A DNA stretch of 64,000 nucleotides from Gammaproteobacteria bacterium (GTDB lineage Bacteria > Pseudomonadota > Gammaproteobacteria > Ga0077536): the NCBI GenBank assembly GCA_016209015.1, contig JACQWY010000025.1, positions 3,747 through 67,746 on the forward strand, read 5' to 3'. A model generated the notes under the pieces. That model made no database searches and was not told where the DNA came from. It saw only the letters and a program-made list of their open reading frames with translations. Position numbers and translations under genes: made by a program. Below are positions 49,786 to 60,383 of this stretch, piece after piece (the first letter of the stretch is position 1; each line of letters opens with the position of its first letter).

Positions 49786-50576
49786 GCCGGCAAGGGCGCC
49801 ACGCCCACCGCGAGCAGTCGACCCGCAGCGTGCTCCACGTATATCTCGTCACGCCGGCCGGCGGCCAGCGCGGCGAGCAAGGGCAGTGCACGTGCTGCGG
49901 GATTGCCGAGGCGTACCGCCTCGAGACCGGGCTCTTGCGCGGAAGTGGCCTGGCCCTCGCCGGCGAAGGCGAGCCTCAGCTCTGCGCGGCTCGCAGGCGT
50001 GCGTTGCGCCGAGAGCACGAAGGCGGCGCCGAAAGCGCAGACGATGTGGCGGACGGCATCGAGCACCGGCGGGTTAGGCGTGTCGTAAGCGGCGAGCAGC
50101 ACCCGGCCTCCTGCGACGAGCGCCTGGGTGACGGCTTCGAGCAAGCCGGCGGCGAAGCTGAAGTCGTAGGCGCAGAGACTCGTGGCGGCGGCACGCGAGC
50201 CCGTCGCGATGCTCCAATAGCCGGACGGCGCGTTGTGCACGGAGTTGTGGAAGCGCGTCGGCGAGACTTCGCGGCCGGGAGTGGCGAGCACTTCGAGGAT
50301 CGCTGCGATCGTCGCACCGTCGCCGCCGGAGGACGCGAACACGGAGGGCAGCTCCGCCGCTGCTCCCGCGTCGTGCACGGCTTCCGCGCAGATCGCGAGC
50401 GCGAGCTTCACGCTCGCAGTGGCGCGACGGCGTTCGGCCGCCGCGAGCAGCTCCGGCGCCTCGAGCCGCAGCTCGGACGGTGCGAACGGCGCTACGCCTG
50501 CGAGCGACGCACGCCCCGTCGCCCAGTCCGGCATTCCCGGCCCGCGCAGACCCACGCCTTCGAGATAGACCCTCAC
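49782..50576 (-). CDS. Beta-ketoacyl synthase-like protein lacking the active-site region (chain-length-factor-like)
   Basis: KS N-terminal-like sequence of about 264 aa. The proposed GTG start at 50576 overlaps the KS stop (GTGA); an ATG alternative is at 50534. Confidence 0.5.
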   Translation of the reverse strand: MRVYLEGVGLRGPGMPDWATGRASLAGVAPFAPSELRLEAPELLAAAERRRATASVKLALAICAEAVHDAGAAAELPSVFASSGGDGATIAAILEVLATPGREVSPTRFHNSVHNAPSGYWSIATGSRAAATSLCAYDFSFAAGLLEAVTQALVAGGRVLLAAYDTPNPPVLDAVRHIVCAFGAAFVLSAQRTPASRAELRLAFAGEGQATSAQEPGLEAVRLGNPAARALPLLAALAAGRRDEIYVEHAAGRLLAVGVAPLPA

Positions 50577-51760
50577 GACGCGAGACCGAGGACGAGGCTG
50601 CAATTGCTGCCGCCGAAGCCGAAGGAATTGCTCATCACCCGGCGCAGCGGCAGGGCGGCGCCGGCCGTCACATAGCGGCTCTGCAACGCCGGATCGGGCG
50701 TTCGCGTCGTCGGGCTCGCCGGAATGAATCCGTGCTCGAGACACAGCGCGGCGATGATCGCCTCCACGACGCCGGCGGCGCCGAGCGTGTGCCCGGTGAG
50801 ACCCTTCGTCGAGCTGCAGGGCGTCGCAGCGCCGTACAGCGTCGCGATGGCGCGATCTTCGGCCGCATCTCCGACCTTCGTCGCGGTGCCGTGGAGGTTC
50901 ACGTAGTCGATGTCGCCGGGCTCGAGCCCGGCCGCGCTCAGCGCAGCCTGCATGGCCTGTAACGCGCCCAGACCTTCCGGATGCGGGGCCGACATGTGGT
51001 GCGCATCGCTGCTCTCGCCGACTCCGAGCAAGACGATCCCGTCGCCCCTCGCGTTCATTGCGCGCTCGAGGAGGACGAAACCTGCGGCCTCGCCGATCGA
51101 GATGCCGTCGCGTGCGGCGTCGTAGGGACGGCATGCGCCCGCGGCGGTAAGCTGGAGAGAATGGAAGCCGTAGAGCGTGGTGAGACAGAGACTGTCCGCA
51201 CCGCCCACGACCGCCGCATCGCAAACGTCGAGCGCAATCATGCGGGCGGCGGCCGCGAACGCTTTCGCCGTGGAGGCGCAGGCCGCGGAGATCGCGAAAG
51301 CCGGGCCGGTGAGCTGCAACGCCTGCCGCACGAATTCGGCGATGGAATAAGTGTTGTGCGCGCCGCGGTAGCGGAACCCGGCCGGCAATGCGCCCCCGGC
51401 GTCGCGGTGGCGGAAAGCAATTTCCGATTCGTGGATCCCGGCGGTGCTGGTGCCCGCGAAGACCCCGATGCGATGCGCGCCGTAGCGCGCCCGCGCGGCG
51501 GCGACAGCGGCGGCGAAGCCGTCCTCGTCGAGCGCGCGCCGGGCGAGACGGTTGTTGCGACAGTCGTAGTCCGCGAATTCGCCGGCGAGCGCTTGGCACT
51601 CGAGGCCGTCGACGGCGCCGATGCACGTCTCGAGCGTCACGGTCTCGAAATCGCAGGGCCTGAGTCCGCTGCGCGCCGCGCGCAATGCCGCGAGCGTGGC
51701 CGCGAGCCCCGAACCCAGGCTCGACACCAGGCTGTAGCGGCTCATGCGCAGACCGTTCAC
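50573..51760 (-). CDS. Beta-ketoacyl-ACP synthase
   Basis: An active-site Cys context (ISAACAST) and His motifs (NLHGTAT, KGLTGHTLGAAG); 395 aa. Confidence 0.8.
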   Translation of the reverse strand: MNGLRMSRYSLVSSLGSGLAATLAALRAARSGLRPCDFETVTLETCIGAVDGLECQALAGEFADYDCRNNRLARRALDEDGFAAAVAAARARYGAHRIGVFAGTSTAGIHESEIAFRHRDAGGALPAGFRYRGAHNTYSIAEFVRQALQLTGPAFAISAACASTAKAFAAAARMIALDVCDAAVVGGADSLCLTTLYGFHSLQLTAAGACRPYDAARDGISIGEAAGFVLLERAMNARGDGIVLLGVGESSDAHHMSAPHPEGLGALQAMQAALSAAGLEPGDIDYVNLHGTATKVGDAAEDRAIATLYGAATPCSSTKGLTGHTLGAAGVVEAIIAALCLEHGFIPASPTTRTPDPALQSRYVTAGAALPLRRVMSNSFGFGGSNCSLVLGLAS

Positions 51761-53082
51761 GGCGTTCCCGCCGCGGCGGCGTCCGGTTCCGTGTACTGCA
51801 AGACGGCCATCATGCTGGCGACTTCGCTCACTTCCTTTTCGATGTATTCATAGTAGCGGCGGTAGAACTCACGGAACTCGTCGAGCTCCGATGTGCTTGC
51901 CCCCTGCCTGCGGGCGAGGTACTGCGCGAGGGGCTGGCGCGCCGCGAGGATGTGCCGATACCGGGCGGCGAAATAGGCGAGGTTGTCGCGCAGCCGCAGA
52001 TACCTCGGCTCGCTCAGTATCTCATCGAAGCGGCGTTGAAATGAACGGGTCGGCGTCAGGTCGTAGAAGATGCTCCGCGATTCATCGTCGTAGACTTCGT
52101 TCGGCCGCAGGATGCCGCCGAGGTCCGCGATCGCTCCCGGTCCCGTCGGCAAACGGCCCTCGCGCAGCAGCATGGCGCGCGCCGTGCTATCCGCGTACAT
52201 CGCCTCGAGGTCCTCGATCGGCAGGTCGTTCGTCCGCCGCAGCAGGTTGACGAATTCGTTCTTCGGCACCGGAAAATCCAGCGCCGAAATCACGAGCGGG
52301 CGGTCCATCGGCCAGGCCGGCCAGAGATCCACCGCCGCCAGCGCATTGTGATTGACGTGCGCGCAGTTGTGGGTGAGCACGTTCCAGGCGAACTCCTTAT
52401 CCCCTGCCGCATAAGGCGCATTCAGCGCGTTGAGGAAGTCCACCACCTTGCGCATTTCGCCGCGCCGGAGCGGCACGCGTGCGCAATAGCGATTGCGGCC
52501 CAGGGCTATTGCGTAATCCGTGGCAATGGAGAGCTCGTAGCGGAATTCGTCGCGCGTGAAACCGGGCTGCATGTCGGTGAAGTAGCGCTCGTGGAAATCG
52601 ATGGCGGCGTAGATCCCCTGCGCACGTGCGGCGCGCTGCACGCGGGCGTAGGCCTCGCGCGTCAGCCCGCCGTCCGGCGGCAGGCCGCCGGCGAAGAAGA
52701 AGTCCCGGCCTTCGACCGCGGCCCAGGTCGCGTTGCGATAGTGTTCATTCACGCTGAACCCGACGCCGTCGGCGTGCGGTGCCGGCAATTCGTCGCAAGG
52801 CACGAGCCGCGGATGCTTCTCGTCGCGGGCGCGGCACACGCCATTGAGGTAGAACACCTGATGCCCGCCGATACCGCCGAACAGTTCGGCACCGAAGCCC
52901 TCCTTCTTCTTCAACTGCGAAACCGCGCAGCTCTCCGCATAGTAGGGAAAGAGACGTGCGTATTCCGCGTCCTCGTCCGGGGCGATCGCGGGCCGCGGCG
53001 CGCCGGGACGGAGCTCCGCGCAGCCGCCGAGCCACAACGCACAGGCCGCGATCGCGAGCGCCCCCCACGTCGCGGCGCTCAC
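51757..53082 (-). CDS. Hypothetical lipoprotein (about 441 aa) inside the pigment operon
   Basis: A lipoprotein-type signal (ALAIAACALWLGGC). A GTG start overlaps the upstream stop (GTGA). The long ORF was trimmed. Confidence 0.4.
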   Translation of the reverse strand: MSAATWGALAIAACALWLGGCAELRPGAPRPAIAPDEDAEYARLFPYYAESCAVSQLKKKEGFGAELFGGIGGHQVFYLNGVCRARDEKHPRLVPCDELPAPHADGVGFSVNEHYRNATWAAVEGRDFFFAGGLPPDGGLTREAYARVQRAARAQGIYAAIDFHERYFTDMQPGFTRDEFRYELSIATDYAIALGRNRYCARVPLRRGEMRKVVDFLNALNAPYAAGDKEFAWNVLTHNCAHVNHNALAAVDLWPAWPMDRPLVISALDFPVPKNEFVNLLRRTNDLPIEDLEAMYADSTARAMLLREGRLPTGPGAIADLGGILRPNEVYDDESRSIFYDLTPTRSFQRRFDEILSEPRYLRLRDNLAYFAARYRHILAARQPLAQYLARRQGASTSELDEFREFYRRYYEYIEKEVSEVASMMAVLQYTEPDAAAAGTP

Positions 53083-53726
53083 GCCGTGCGATCCGCCGGG
53101 CCGCAGCCGGACGCCGCGAGCAGCCGCGTCCACAGCGCTTCCCAGGTCGGCCAGTCGTGCGCGCCCGGCAGTTGCACGACCCGCTCCGCCGGCAGCACGG
53201 CAGCGAGCAGCCGATGCGCGGCGACGAAGCGATCCGCCGTGCCGTAGCCGAGGTAGATCGGCGGCTGCGCGGCGCGGGCCGCGAGCGTCGCGAGCAGCCG
53301 CCGTTCGATCGTCGGCTCGCGATCCGGACCGCCGTCCCAGGCCGCGAGCCCGCCGGCCGCTTCGATTTCCGCGATCAATCCCCGCGAGCCGATGAACGGC
53401 GAGAGCAGCAGCAGTCCCTGCGTGAGGTGGCTCGCGGCGTAACGCAGTGCGCCGAGTGCCCCGGCCGAGATGCCGGCGCACCAGACCTCCCGGCGGCCTG
53501 CGGGCACGACCACCTCCTCGTGCAGCCGGGCCGGGAAATCCGCATCGACGTAGGCGTCGATCGACGTCGCGACGGCGGCGACGTCGACCGGCCAGTTGCG
53601 CGCCCGCACCGCGGCGGTGAAGCCATGCGCCGCGAAATCGTCCGCCGTGATCCCGGCCCCCGGCATCAGCACGAGCAGAGCGCCAGCCTCTCCCGGCCCG
53701 GGCGCGTGATCGACGAGCGCTTTCAT
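53079..53726 (-). CDS. Alpha/beta-hydrolase-fold protein (thioesterase/esterase-like), 215 aa
   Basis: A GISAG nucleophile-elbow-like motif (GISAGALGA). Confidence 0.5.
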   Translation of the reverse strand: MKALVDHAPGPGEAGALLVLMPGAGITADDFAAHGFTAAVRARNWPVDVAAVATSIDAYVDADFPARLHEEVVVPAGRREVWCAGISAGALGALRYAASHLTQGLLLLSPFIGSRGLIAEIEAAGGLAAWDGGPDREPTIERRLLATLAARAAQPPIYLGYGTADRFVAAHRLLAAVLPAERVVQLPGAHDWPTWEALWTRLLAASGCGPADRTA

Positions 53727-53736
53727 CGCGAGGATC

Positions 53737-56100
53737 TCATGCCGGCGTTCCTGCCGCCTGCGAGCGTGCGAGGCCGGGGGTCAGGATGGCCGCGGCGACG
53801 AGGCTCAGCGCCGTGCCGAGTGCGACCGTCCGCCCGATGTCGAAGAGCACCGGCAGATGCGAGAGACCCAGCGCGCCGAAGCCGATTACCGTGCACAGAT
53901 TCGCCGCCAGCAGCGAGCCGACGGTTGCCGCGCCGCGCTCGCCCGAGAGATCGCCGCGCAGGAAGAACAAGCAGTAATTCGATCCGACGGCGATGACGAG
54001 CAGGAGCCCGAAAACGTTGAAGATGGAAAGCCTCCCGGCGCCCAGCGTCAGCACGCCCACCGTTCCGATCACGGCGACCGCGAGCGGCGCGAGTACCGCG
54101 AGCGTCATGCGCAGCGAACGCAGCCAGACGAGGAGCAGCCCGGCGATCGCCACGGCGCCGAGCAGCGCGAGCAGGATGGCCTCGTGCCGATAGCGATGCA
54201 GCAGCGCGTCGGATTCCGTCTTGAGATCGACCAGCACCACGCGGCCACGAGCCGGCGCCGGCAGGGTGGCGAGCGCGCGGCTCACCCGCCCGGGATCGCG
54301 GACGTCGCGCAGCGGCAGCGTCGCGATCCAGCGGTCCGCCCGTTCGAGGAGCAGCGAATCAACTTTCAGCGCGAGCGCCGTGCCGTCGAGCGCGGCGCGC
54401 GTCAACGGCGGCGCGGCACGCGCCGCGGCCACCTCGGCCAGGAAGGGCTCGAAGCTCTCCGGGCGAAACGGCAATCCCGTTAGCGCTTCCGCGAGCGCCG
54501 TCCGGAGCACCGCGGGCGGGGGCAGCGCCGCCACGCGTGCAGCCTGCATCCGTGCGCTCGGCAGATAGCGGCCGGGCGCATCGAAGCCCGACAGGACGCC
54601 TGCGGCGACGAGCTCCCGCAGCACCGCGTCCGTGCGCTCGCCGGCCTCGAGTACCGCTTCGCGATCCGGTGCGGAGGCGGTGACGATGTAGCGGACGTCC
54701 GGAGCGCCGATGTCGCGCCGCAGATCGCCGTCGAGCGCGAGATCGGCAGCCGGGATCGGGCTCATGCTCGACAGCTCGTCCTGCCATAAATCGCCACGCC
54801 GCGCCTGCACGCCCGCGAGCGCGAACGCGACCAGGGCGAGCAGCACCCAGCGCAACGCGCCGGCGCGCTGCACGAGCGCGAGCAGGCGCGATGCAGGGAC
54901 GAGCTCGCCGGTCCATGCGAATTCCGCGGGCACGAGCCGCGGCAACACGAAGCGCGTCACGCCGAGCGCGACGGCGAGGCCGGCGATCGTGAAGACACCG
55001 AGCTGCACGAAACCGGTGAAGCTCGAGAAGAGCATCGCGGCGAAACCGCAGATCGACACCAGCACACCGAGCTGCAGCGTCGGCATGATCCGGCGCAACG
55101 TGGTCGCCGTGCCGCCCTGTCCCTTGCTCTGCACGAAGAGATAGATCGCGTAATCGACGGCCTCGCCGATCAGCGTGATGCCGAAGCCGACCGTAATGCC
55201 GTGGACGAAACCGAAACAGAGCCCGACCGCGGCGAGACCGGCTAGCGCGGCCGAGACGACAGGTGCGAGCGTCAGGAGCAGTACGGGCAGTGAACGATAG
55301 AGCAGGAGCAGCAGCGCGACGATCACGCTCATCGCCACGGTCGAGTACAGCGACACATCGTGCTTCATGGCGGCGCGCGTGCGGACTGCGAACACGCCCG
55401 GACCGCTCATCACGAGGCGCGCGCCCGCCGCGGCCGGCTGCGCGGCGCGGGCCGCGGCGAAAGCACCCGCGATGGCATCGACGGCATGCTCCTGACCATC
55501 GACATCGAAGCCCGCAGCGCGGGTCTGGAAGAGCAGCAACGCGCGCGCGCCGTCGCGCGCGGTCCACACGCCGGCGCGGATTTCGCGATGGACTTCACCG
55601 CCGAGCGTTTGCGCCAGTCCGATAGCTTCACCGGTCGGATCGCGCGTGATGCTCGCCTTGAGCAGCGGTTCCATGCCCGAGGCGAGAATCTCGAGATCTC
55701 GCTCCAGGGCGCGGCGCAGACCCGCCGCGGTGAAGCGCTCCGCATCGACCGCCGCGCTCAGTACGTAACGATTGCGCCAGACGAACGACTGATCTGCGGA
55801 AGTGCCGCCGCTCTCCCCGTTCTCGACGCGCGCGAACGCCGGGTCGTCACGCAGGCGCTGCGCCATCGCGCGGCTCAGACTCGCGCGCGTCGCCGCATCC
55901 GCTCCTTCGATCGCGGCGAGCACGATCCGCGAAGCGACGCCTTCGCGCAGCTGATCGACGAGCGCCTGCTGTTCCGGGGCCGGTGCGCGCGGCAGGAACG
56001 CCGACATGTCGGTGCTGAACGGCGTGCGCGAGATGACTACGATCAGCGCGGCGAGGCCGAGCAGCCAGCCGGCGATCACGATGCTGCGCGCACGCCTCAT
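53737..56100 (-). CDS. MMPL/RND-superfamily exporter (APE-cluster type), 787 aa
   Basis: Two sets of six TM helices separated by periplasmic loops. The start was trimmed from the 969-aa ORF to MRRARSIVIAGWLL at 56100. Confidence 0.7.
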   Translation of the reverse strand: MRRARSIVIAGWLLGLAALIVVISRTPFSTDMSAFLPRAPAPEQQALVDQLREGVASRIVLAAIEGADAATRASLSRAMAQRLRDDPAFARVENGESGGTSADQSFVWRNRYVLSAAVDAERFTAAGLRRALERDLEILASGMEPLLKASITRDPTGEAIGLAQTLGGEVHREIRAGVWTARDGARALLLFQTRAAGFDVDGQEHAVDAIAGAFAAARAAQPAAAGARLVMSGPGVFAVRTRAAMKHDVSLYSTVAMSVIVALLLLLYRSLPVLLLTLAPVVSAALAGLAAVGLCFGFVHGITVGFGITLIGEAVDYAIYLFVQSKGQGGTATTLRRIMPTLQLGVLVSICGFAAMLFSSFTGFVQLGVFTIAGLAVALGVTRFVLPRLVPAEFAWTGELVPASRLLALVQRAGALRWVLLALVAFALAGVQARRGDLWQDELSSMSPIPAADLALDGDLRRDIGAPDVRYIVTASAPDREAVLEAGERTDAVLRELVAAGVLSGFDAPGRYLPSARMQAARVAALPPPAVLRTALAEALTGLPFRPESFEPFLAEVAAARAAPPLTRAALDGTALALKVDSLLLERADRWIATLPLRDVRDPGRVSRALATLPAPARGRVVLVDLKTESDALLHRYRHEAILLALLGAVAIAGLLLVWLRSLRMTLAVLAPLAVAVIGTVGVLTLGAGRLSIFNVFGLLLVIAVGSNYCLFFLRGDLSGERGAATVGSLLAANLCTVIGFGALGLSHLPVLFDIGRTVALGTALSLVAAAILTPGLARSQAAGTPA

Positions 56101-56678
56101 GGACCGTCCGGCTGAATCGTCATTTCCGAGCGATCGCCGTCCTTCTCGTGGACTTCGACGGTCGTGAGGAAGACGTCCGCGCCGCCGATCACGATGTCGT
56201 CGATTTTCTCGCGGACGATCTGCTCGTACGGCACTAGGCGCAGCTGCCAGCGTGCACGGTCGCCCGCGAGGCTCACGGCGTAATGACGCTGTAGCGTGGG
56301 CAAATCGCCGGCGAGCGTCGCGCGCACGCCTTCGACGAGCGCCGCGACTTCGGGATGCTCGGCGAGCGAGAGCGTGTAGCGCTCTCCGTTCCGTTGCGTC
56401 CCCGTAATCGTGCTGCCGCTGAGCTCGAACGTTTCGGCAGCGGGCTTCTCCGTGATTCGTTCGAGCCGGTCCGGGGCGACGTAGCGCAGCCGTCCGGAAG
56501 ACTCGAGACGCTCCATGAGGAGCCGCAGATATTTGCGTTCGACGAAGCGGGCCGAGGACGAGCGCACCTCCCTGCGTGCGGCCATCAAAGCATCCAGATC
56601 CCAGTCGCCCGCGGCGACGCGCGCCGTTACGCCGATCAGCAGACACACACCGAGCACGAGCGCGCGCCGCCCGTTCAT
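56097..56678 (-). CDS. LolA-like outer-membrane lipoprotein carrier family protein
   Basis: A signal peptide plus a LolA-sized protein of 193 aa. A 4-nt overlap links it to the exporter gene. Confidence 0.5.
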   Translation of the reverse strand: MNGRRALVLGVCLLIGVTARVAAGDWDLDALMAARREVRSSSARFVERKYLRLLMERLESSGRLRYVAPDRLERITEKPAAETFELSGSTITGTQRNGERYTLSLAEHPEVAALVEGVRATLAGDLPTLQRHYAVSLAGDRARWQLRLVPYEQIVREKIDDIVIGGADVFLTTVEVHEKDGDRSEMTIQPDGP

Positions 56679-56681
56679 CGG

Positions 56682-57599
56682 TCAGCTCCAGAAATCATAG
56701 AAGTTGAACCAGTTGTAGGGCGCGAGACGGCAGTAGTGTTCCAGGCGCTCGACATAACGCGCGAGGAGCGGCGGCACGCCCTTCGCGCGCGGCGGATCGC
56801 GCTCGCCGTCCGCCGAGTCCAGTGTCTCGAAGTGCACTTCGTAGCGATTGCCGCCGCGATAGATGCCGACCATGAACACCACCGGCTTCTGCAGCACGGA
56901 GATGATTCGGAATGGATTGATCGAGAAGCGCGCCGGCGAGCCGAGAAACGGCAACTCGACCTGGCGCTCCGCGCTGAGACTTCGATCGGCGAGCACGCCG
57001 ACGAAGTGTCCCGCAGCGAGGCAGCGCTCGACGGTGACGAAGGAATCCGGCCTGCCGAGCCTGATGATGTTCTTCGCAAGCTCGGGATCGATAGCATTCA
57101 GCACCGAGTTCACCTTGCGGGCGTTCTCCTCGAACATCACCATGTTCACATGCAGCTGCGGCTGCCGGCGCCCGACGGTGCGCAGTACTTCGAAGCTGCC
57201 GAAGTGCGCACCGAGCAGGATGCAGCCTTCGCCACGCGCGAGGATGTCGGTGACGACGTTCTCGCCGACGATCGAGACGTCGAACCCGGCGCCGCCGTGC
57301 TTCAGCAGGAATACGCGATCGAGCACGCTGGAAGCGAAGCTGTGATAGTGACGGTAGACGTCGCGCAGCGTGGCGTCCCGGCCGAAGGCGCGCGTGAGGT
57401 AATGCGCCGAGGCGCGGCGCGCGGCCGGCGAGAACAGCAGGAAGTAGAGGCAGATCGGCGGCAGCAACAGACGTGCCGCGGGCCTCCCGATGCCGAGCGC
57501 GAGACCCACGAAGCAGCGGACTGCGAAACGGGTGCCGCGTTCCTCGCGACGCAGCCATTCGGGCTCGCCGCCGGCACCCGACTCGGGACCTGTGCTCAT
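56682..57599 (-). CDS. Lysophospholipid/lipid A-type acyltransferase (LpxL/HtrB family)
   Basis: 305 aa with an N-terminal TM helix and an HX4D-like region (LGAHFGSFE). Confidence 0.6.
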   Translation of the reverse strand: MSTGPESGAGGEPEWLRREERGTRFAVRCFVGLALGIGRPAARLLLPPICLYFLLFSPAARRASAHYLTRAFGRDATLRDVYRHYHSFASSVLDRVFLLKHGGAGFDVSIVGENVVTDILARGEGCILLGAHFGSFEVLRTVGRRQPQLHVNMVMFEENARKVNSVLNAIDPELAKNIIRLGRPDSFVTVERCLAAGHFVGVLADRSLSAERQVELPFLGSPARFSINPFRIISVLQKPVVFMVGIYRGGNRYEVHFETLDSADGERDPPRAKGVPPLLARYVERLEHYCRLAPYNWFNFYDFWS

Positions 57600-59250
57600 C
57601 CTCGCGCGGCCTTCACCGCGCCGGTCACCGCCGGGTCGTCGTGAGCCGCCAGCCGCAGCTCGAATTCAATTTCGTCATCCTTGCCCGATTTCCAGCGCAA
57701 CTCGATCGTTGCGCCCGGCAATACCGGGTGGAGGAATTTCACGTGGCGCAACTCGCCCGGATACGCGGTGCCGGCCGTAGTTGCGATCGCCCGCAAGGCG
57801 CGATCGACCAGGAGCGCGCCGGGGACGATCGGCCGTTCCGGAAAGTGACCGGGCAGCGCCGGATGATCGTGCGCGATGCTGAACTCGACCGAGGTCCAAG
57901 CGCACGCGCTCTCGCCGAGCGCGTCGAGCGCACGCTGCGGCAACTTGCCGAGCGCATTGCGCGGCAGCTCGTCGACGAGGTGCAGCGGCCGCGGCAGGAA
58001 CGCGGGATCGAGCACGCGACGCAGGGCCGCGAGGACTTGTTCGGCCGTGAGTCCCGGTGCGACGGCATACGCCGTGAGGCGCGCCATTTCACCGTCCCCC
58101 GTGGCCGAGCCGAACACGCCGTCGCGCACGCCGGGCACCGCGTTCAGCTGGTGATTTAGATACGCGAGCGAGCTGCGTTTACCGGCGACGTTCACGACGT
58201 CCGATTTCCGGCCGCGCAAAATGAAGCGGTCGCCGCCGCGCAGCTCGAGGACGTCGTTGAGCGCAGCGCGGCGCGCCGCCGCCGGCCCCTCTGCCCATAC
58301 TTCGCCCGCCTGCTCCGAGAGCCCGATGCCATCGAGACACTGCCACTCCTCCGTCGCCACCGTGCGACGGACCGCAATCTGGCCGACCTCGGTGCAACCG
58401 TAGATTTCGTAGAGCGGGGCCGCGAAGCACGCTTCCGCGCGTCGCGCGAGCTCGGGCGCGAGCAGCGCTGTCGCGCAGACGATGCGTGCGACCGCGGGCC
58501 ACGGCCCGCCATCGTCGAGGAGCGCGCGCAGATGCACGGGCGTCGTGACGAGGATGCGCGGCGCGGGCAGCGCCGCGAGACGCGCGGCGATGTCGGCCGG
58601 CAGCAGCGGGCGGGTGCGCTCGCAACGCAGCCCCCGGCGCAGCGCGAGCAGCGTCACCGATTCCAGACCATAGCTGTGCTGGTGGGGCACGGTGCCGAGC
58701 AGCGCGGCACCCGACAGCGTGTCGAGATCGAGAACGCGCGCCGCGGCTTCGACGCTCGCGACGAGTGCCCCCCAGGTCCGGGATTGCGCGACTGGCTCAC
58801 CCGTCGACCCGGAGGTGAACAGTACGACGGCCTGACGGTCGCGAGGAATCGCGGGCGCGAGCCCGCGGACCGGGATCACCGGTGCAGGCGCGGGCGGATA
58901 GTGCCAGACCGGCAGCGGCGAGTGCGGTAGGGGCTCGTCGGCGACGACCGAGAGCTCCGGGTACTGGCGCGCAAGCGCGGCGAGCGATTCCGGCAGGGGA
59001 TTCATCGGCAGGAGCGTCACCTGCCCGCGCCACAGCGCCGCGAACAGACTGATGGCGTAACGATAACGATCGGCACAGAGATTCACGACGTAGCGGGCTT
59101 CCGGGAGCGCGACGGCGATGCGCTCGACCTCCGCGAGGAAACACCCCGGGGTGACGGCCACGCCGGCGTCCTCGAAGAGCATCGTCTCGGGCGCGAGCGC
59201 CGGCAGCAGCGGCGCGTCGGCGGCGGCACGAGGATCGTGCGCGCCGTTCA
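57596..59250 (-). CDS. Fusion of an acyl-AMP ligase (adenylation) domain and a C-terminal hotdog dehydratase domain
   Basis: An AMP-binding motif (VVLFTSGSTGEPVAQ) and a C-terminal FabA/FabZ-like motif (HFPERPIVPGALLVD); 551 aa. The start was trimmed to the ATG at 59250. Confidence 0.6.
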
Positions 59251-59889
59251 TGGCAGACCGTCGCGGCCGAGCGTCCTGAACATGCCGATCATCTCCGACC
59301 AGCGCTCGTGCGGCGCATCGGTGAGCCAGAGCGGCCGGCCCAGACGCTCGACGACGAACATCAGCGCGACCAGCGGCGCATTCAATACGTTGACGAACAA
59401 AGACCACCACGCGAGCTGCGCGAACGCGAGCAGCAGCGCCGAGCCCAGCAGCTGCATCCCGAAGAAGCCGCACCAGACCCAGGTCACTTTGCGCGTGTAA
59501 GCCGCGATGGCGGGACCCGGCGGGCCGTGGATGATGCGAGCGAACGTCGTGACGATAGGCTCGTTGCCGGCGCGGAGCGACGCCCCGAACAGGCTCAGCA
59601 GCATCGCGTAGGCGAGCGCGTGCGGGGCGGCCGAGGCGACGACGAGTCCGCCGGCCGGATGCGTGGCGACGAGACCGAAACCGCCGACCGCGAACGCCGC
59701 GAGCAGCGGGCCGCGATGGCCGGGCGCAAGACGTGCCGAAACGAAGGACGCGGCGAGCACGAGCTGAGTGAGCATGACGGCGTTTGCGACACTGCCCGAA
59801 GCGTGGCCGCGGATCAGCAGCAGATGGATCAGGAGCGGAGAGAGAATCGCGAGGATCGCCAACAGCATCCCGATCGCCTGACGGGCCAT
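59248..59889 (-). CDS. Polytopic membrane protein of the pigment cluster
   Basis: 213 aa with six hydrophobic segments. Confidence 0.5.
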   Translation of the reverse strand: MARQAIGMLLAILAILSPLLIHLLLIRGHASGSVANAVMLTQLVLAASFVSARLAPGHRGPLLAAFAVGGFGLVATHPAGGLVVASAAPHALAYAMLLSLFGASLRAGNEPIVTTFARIIHGPPGPAIAAYTRKVTWVWCGFFGMQLLGSALLLAFAQLAWWSLFVNVLNAPLVALMFVVERLGRPLWLTDAPHERWSEMIGMFRTLGRDGLP

Positions 59890-59896
59890 GGCGGAC

Positions 59897-60157
59897 CTAT
59901 TGCGCCCGATGGTGTTCGATGTATGCGGTGAGCGTCCCCAGCGAGCGGAAAATTTCGGTATTGTTCTCGTCGTCCGATCGCAGCTTCACGCCGTAACGCT
60001 GCGACACTGCGAGCGCGACTTCCAGGATGTCGATCGAATCCAGACCGAATCCTTCCTTGTACAGGGCGGTCGTGCCGTCTGCGCTCGTGGCATCGAAATC
60101 CAGATTCAAGGTTTCGACGATTAAACGCGCCAGGGCCTCTTCTTCTGCAGTCATCAC
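59897..60157 (-). CDS. Acyl carrier protein
   Basis: 86 aa with a phosphopantetheine attachment motif (GLDSIDILE). Confidence 0.8.
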   Translation of the reverse strand: MMTAEEEALARLIVETLNLDFDATSADGTTALYKEGFGLDSIDILEVALAVSQRYGVKLRSDDENNTEIFRSLGTLTAYIEHHRAQ

Positions 60158-60383
60158 GATAGATGTCCTGTCCTATGTCGCTTGCGAACAATTCGATTCA
60201 TTTATGCCAGAGCGTTCCGCGCAGCGCAACCGCTGCGCCGGCGCGCGCGGACCGGATCGCAAACAGCGCCGCCGGCCGGAAGTTTCGCGCGCCATCCCGG
60301 AGTTCACGCGCCGCTCGCACGGCATTGGTACGAGGCCGTCGCGCTATGCTAAGGTCGGTGTCGGCCGTGGGGGTGGCCATCGC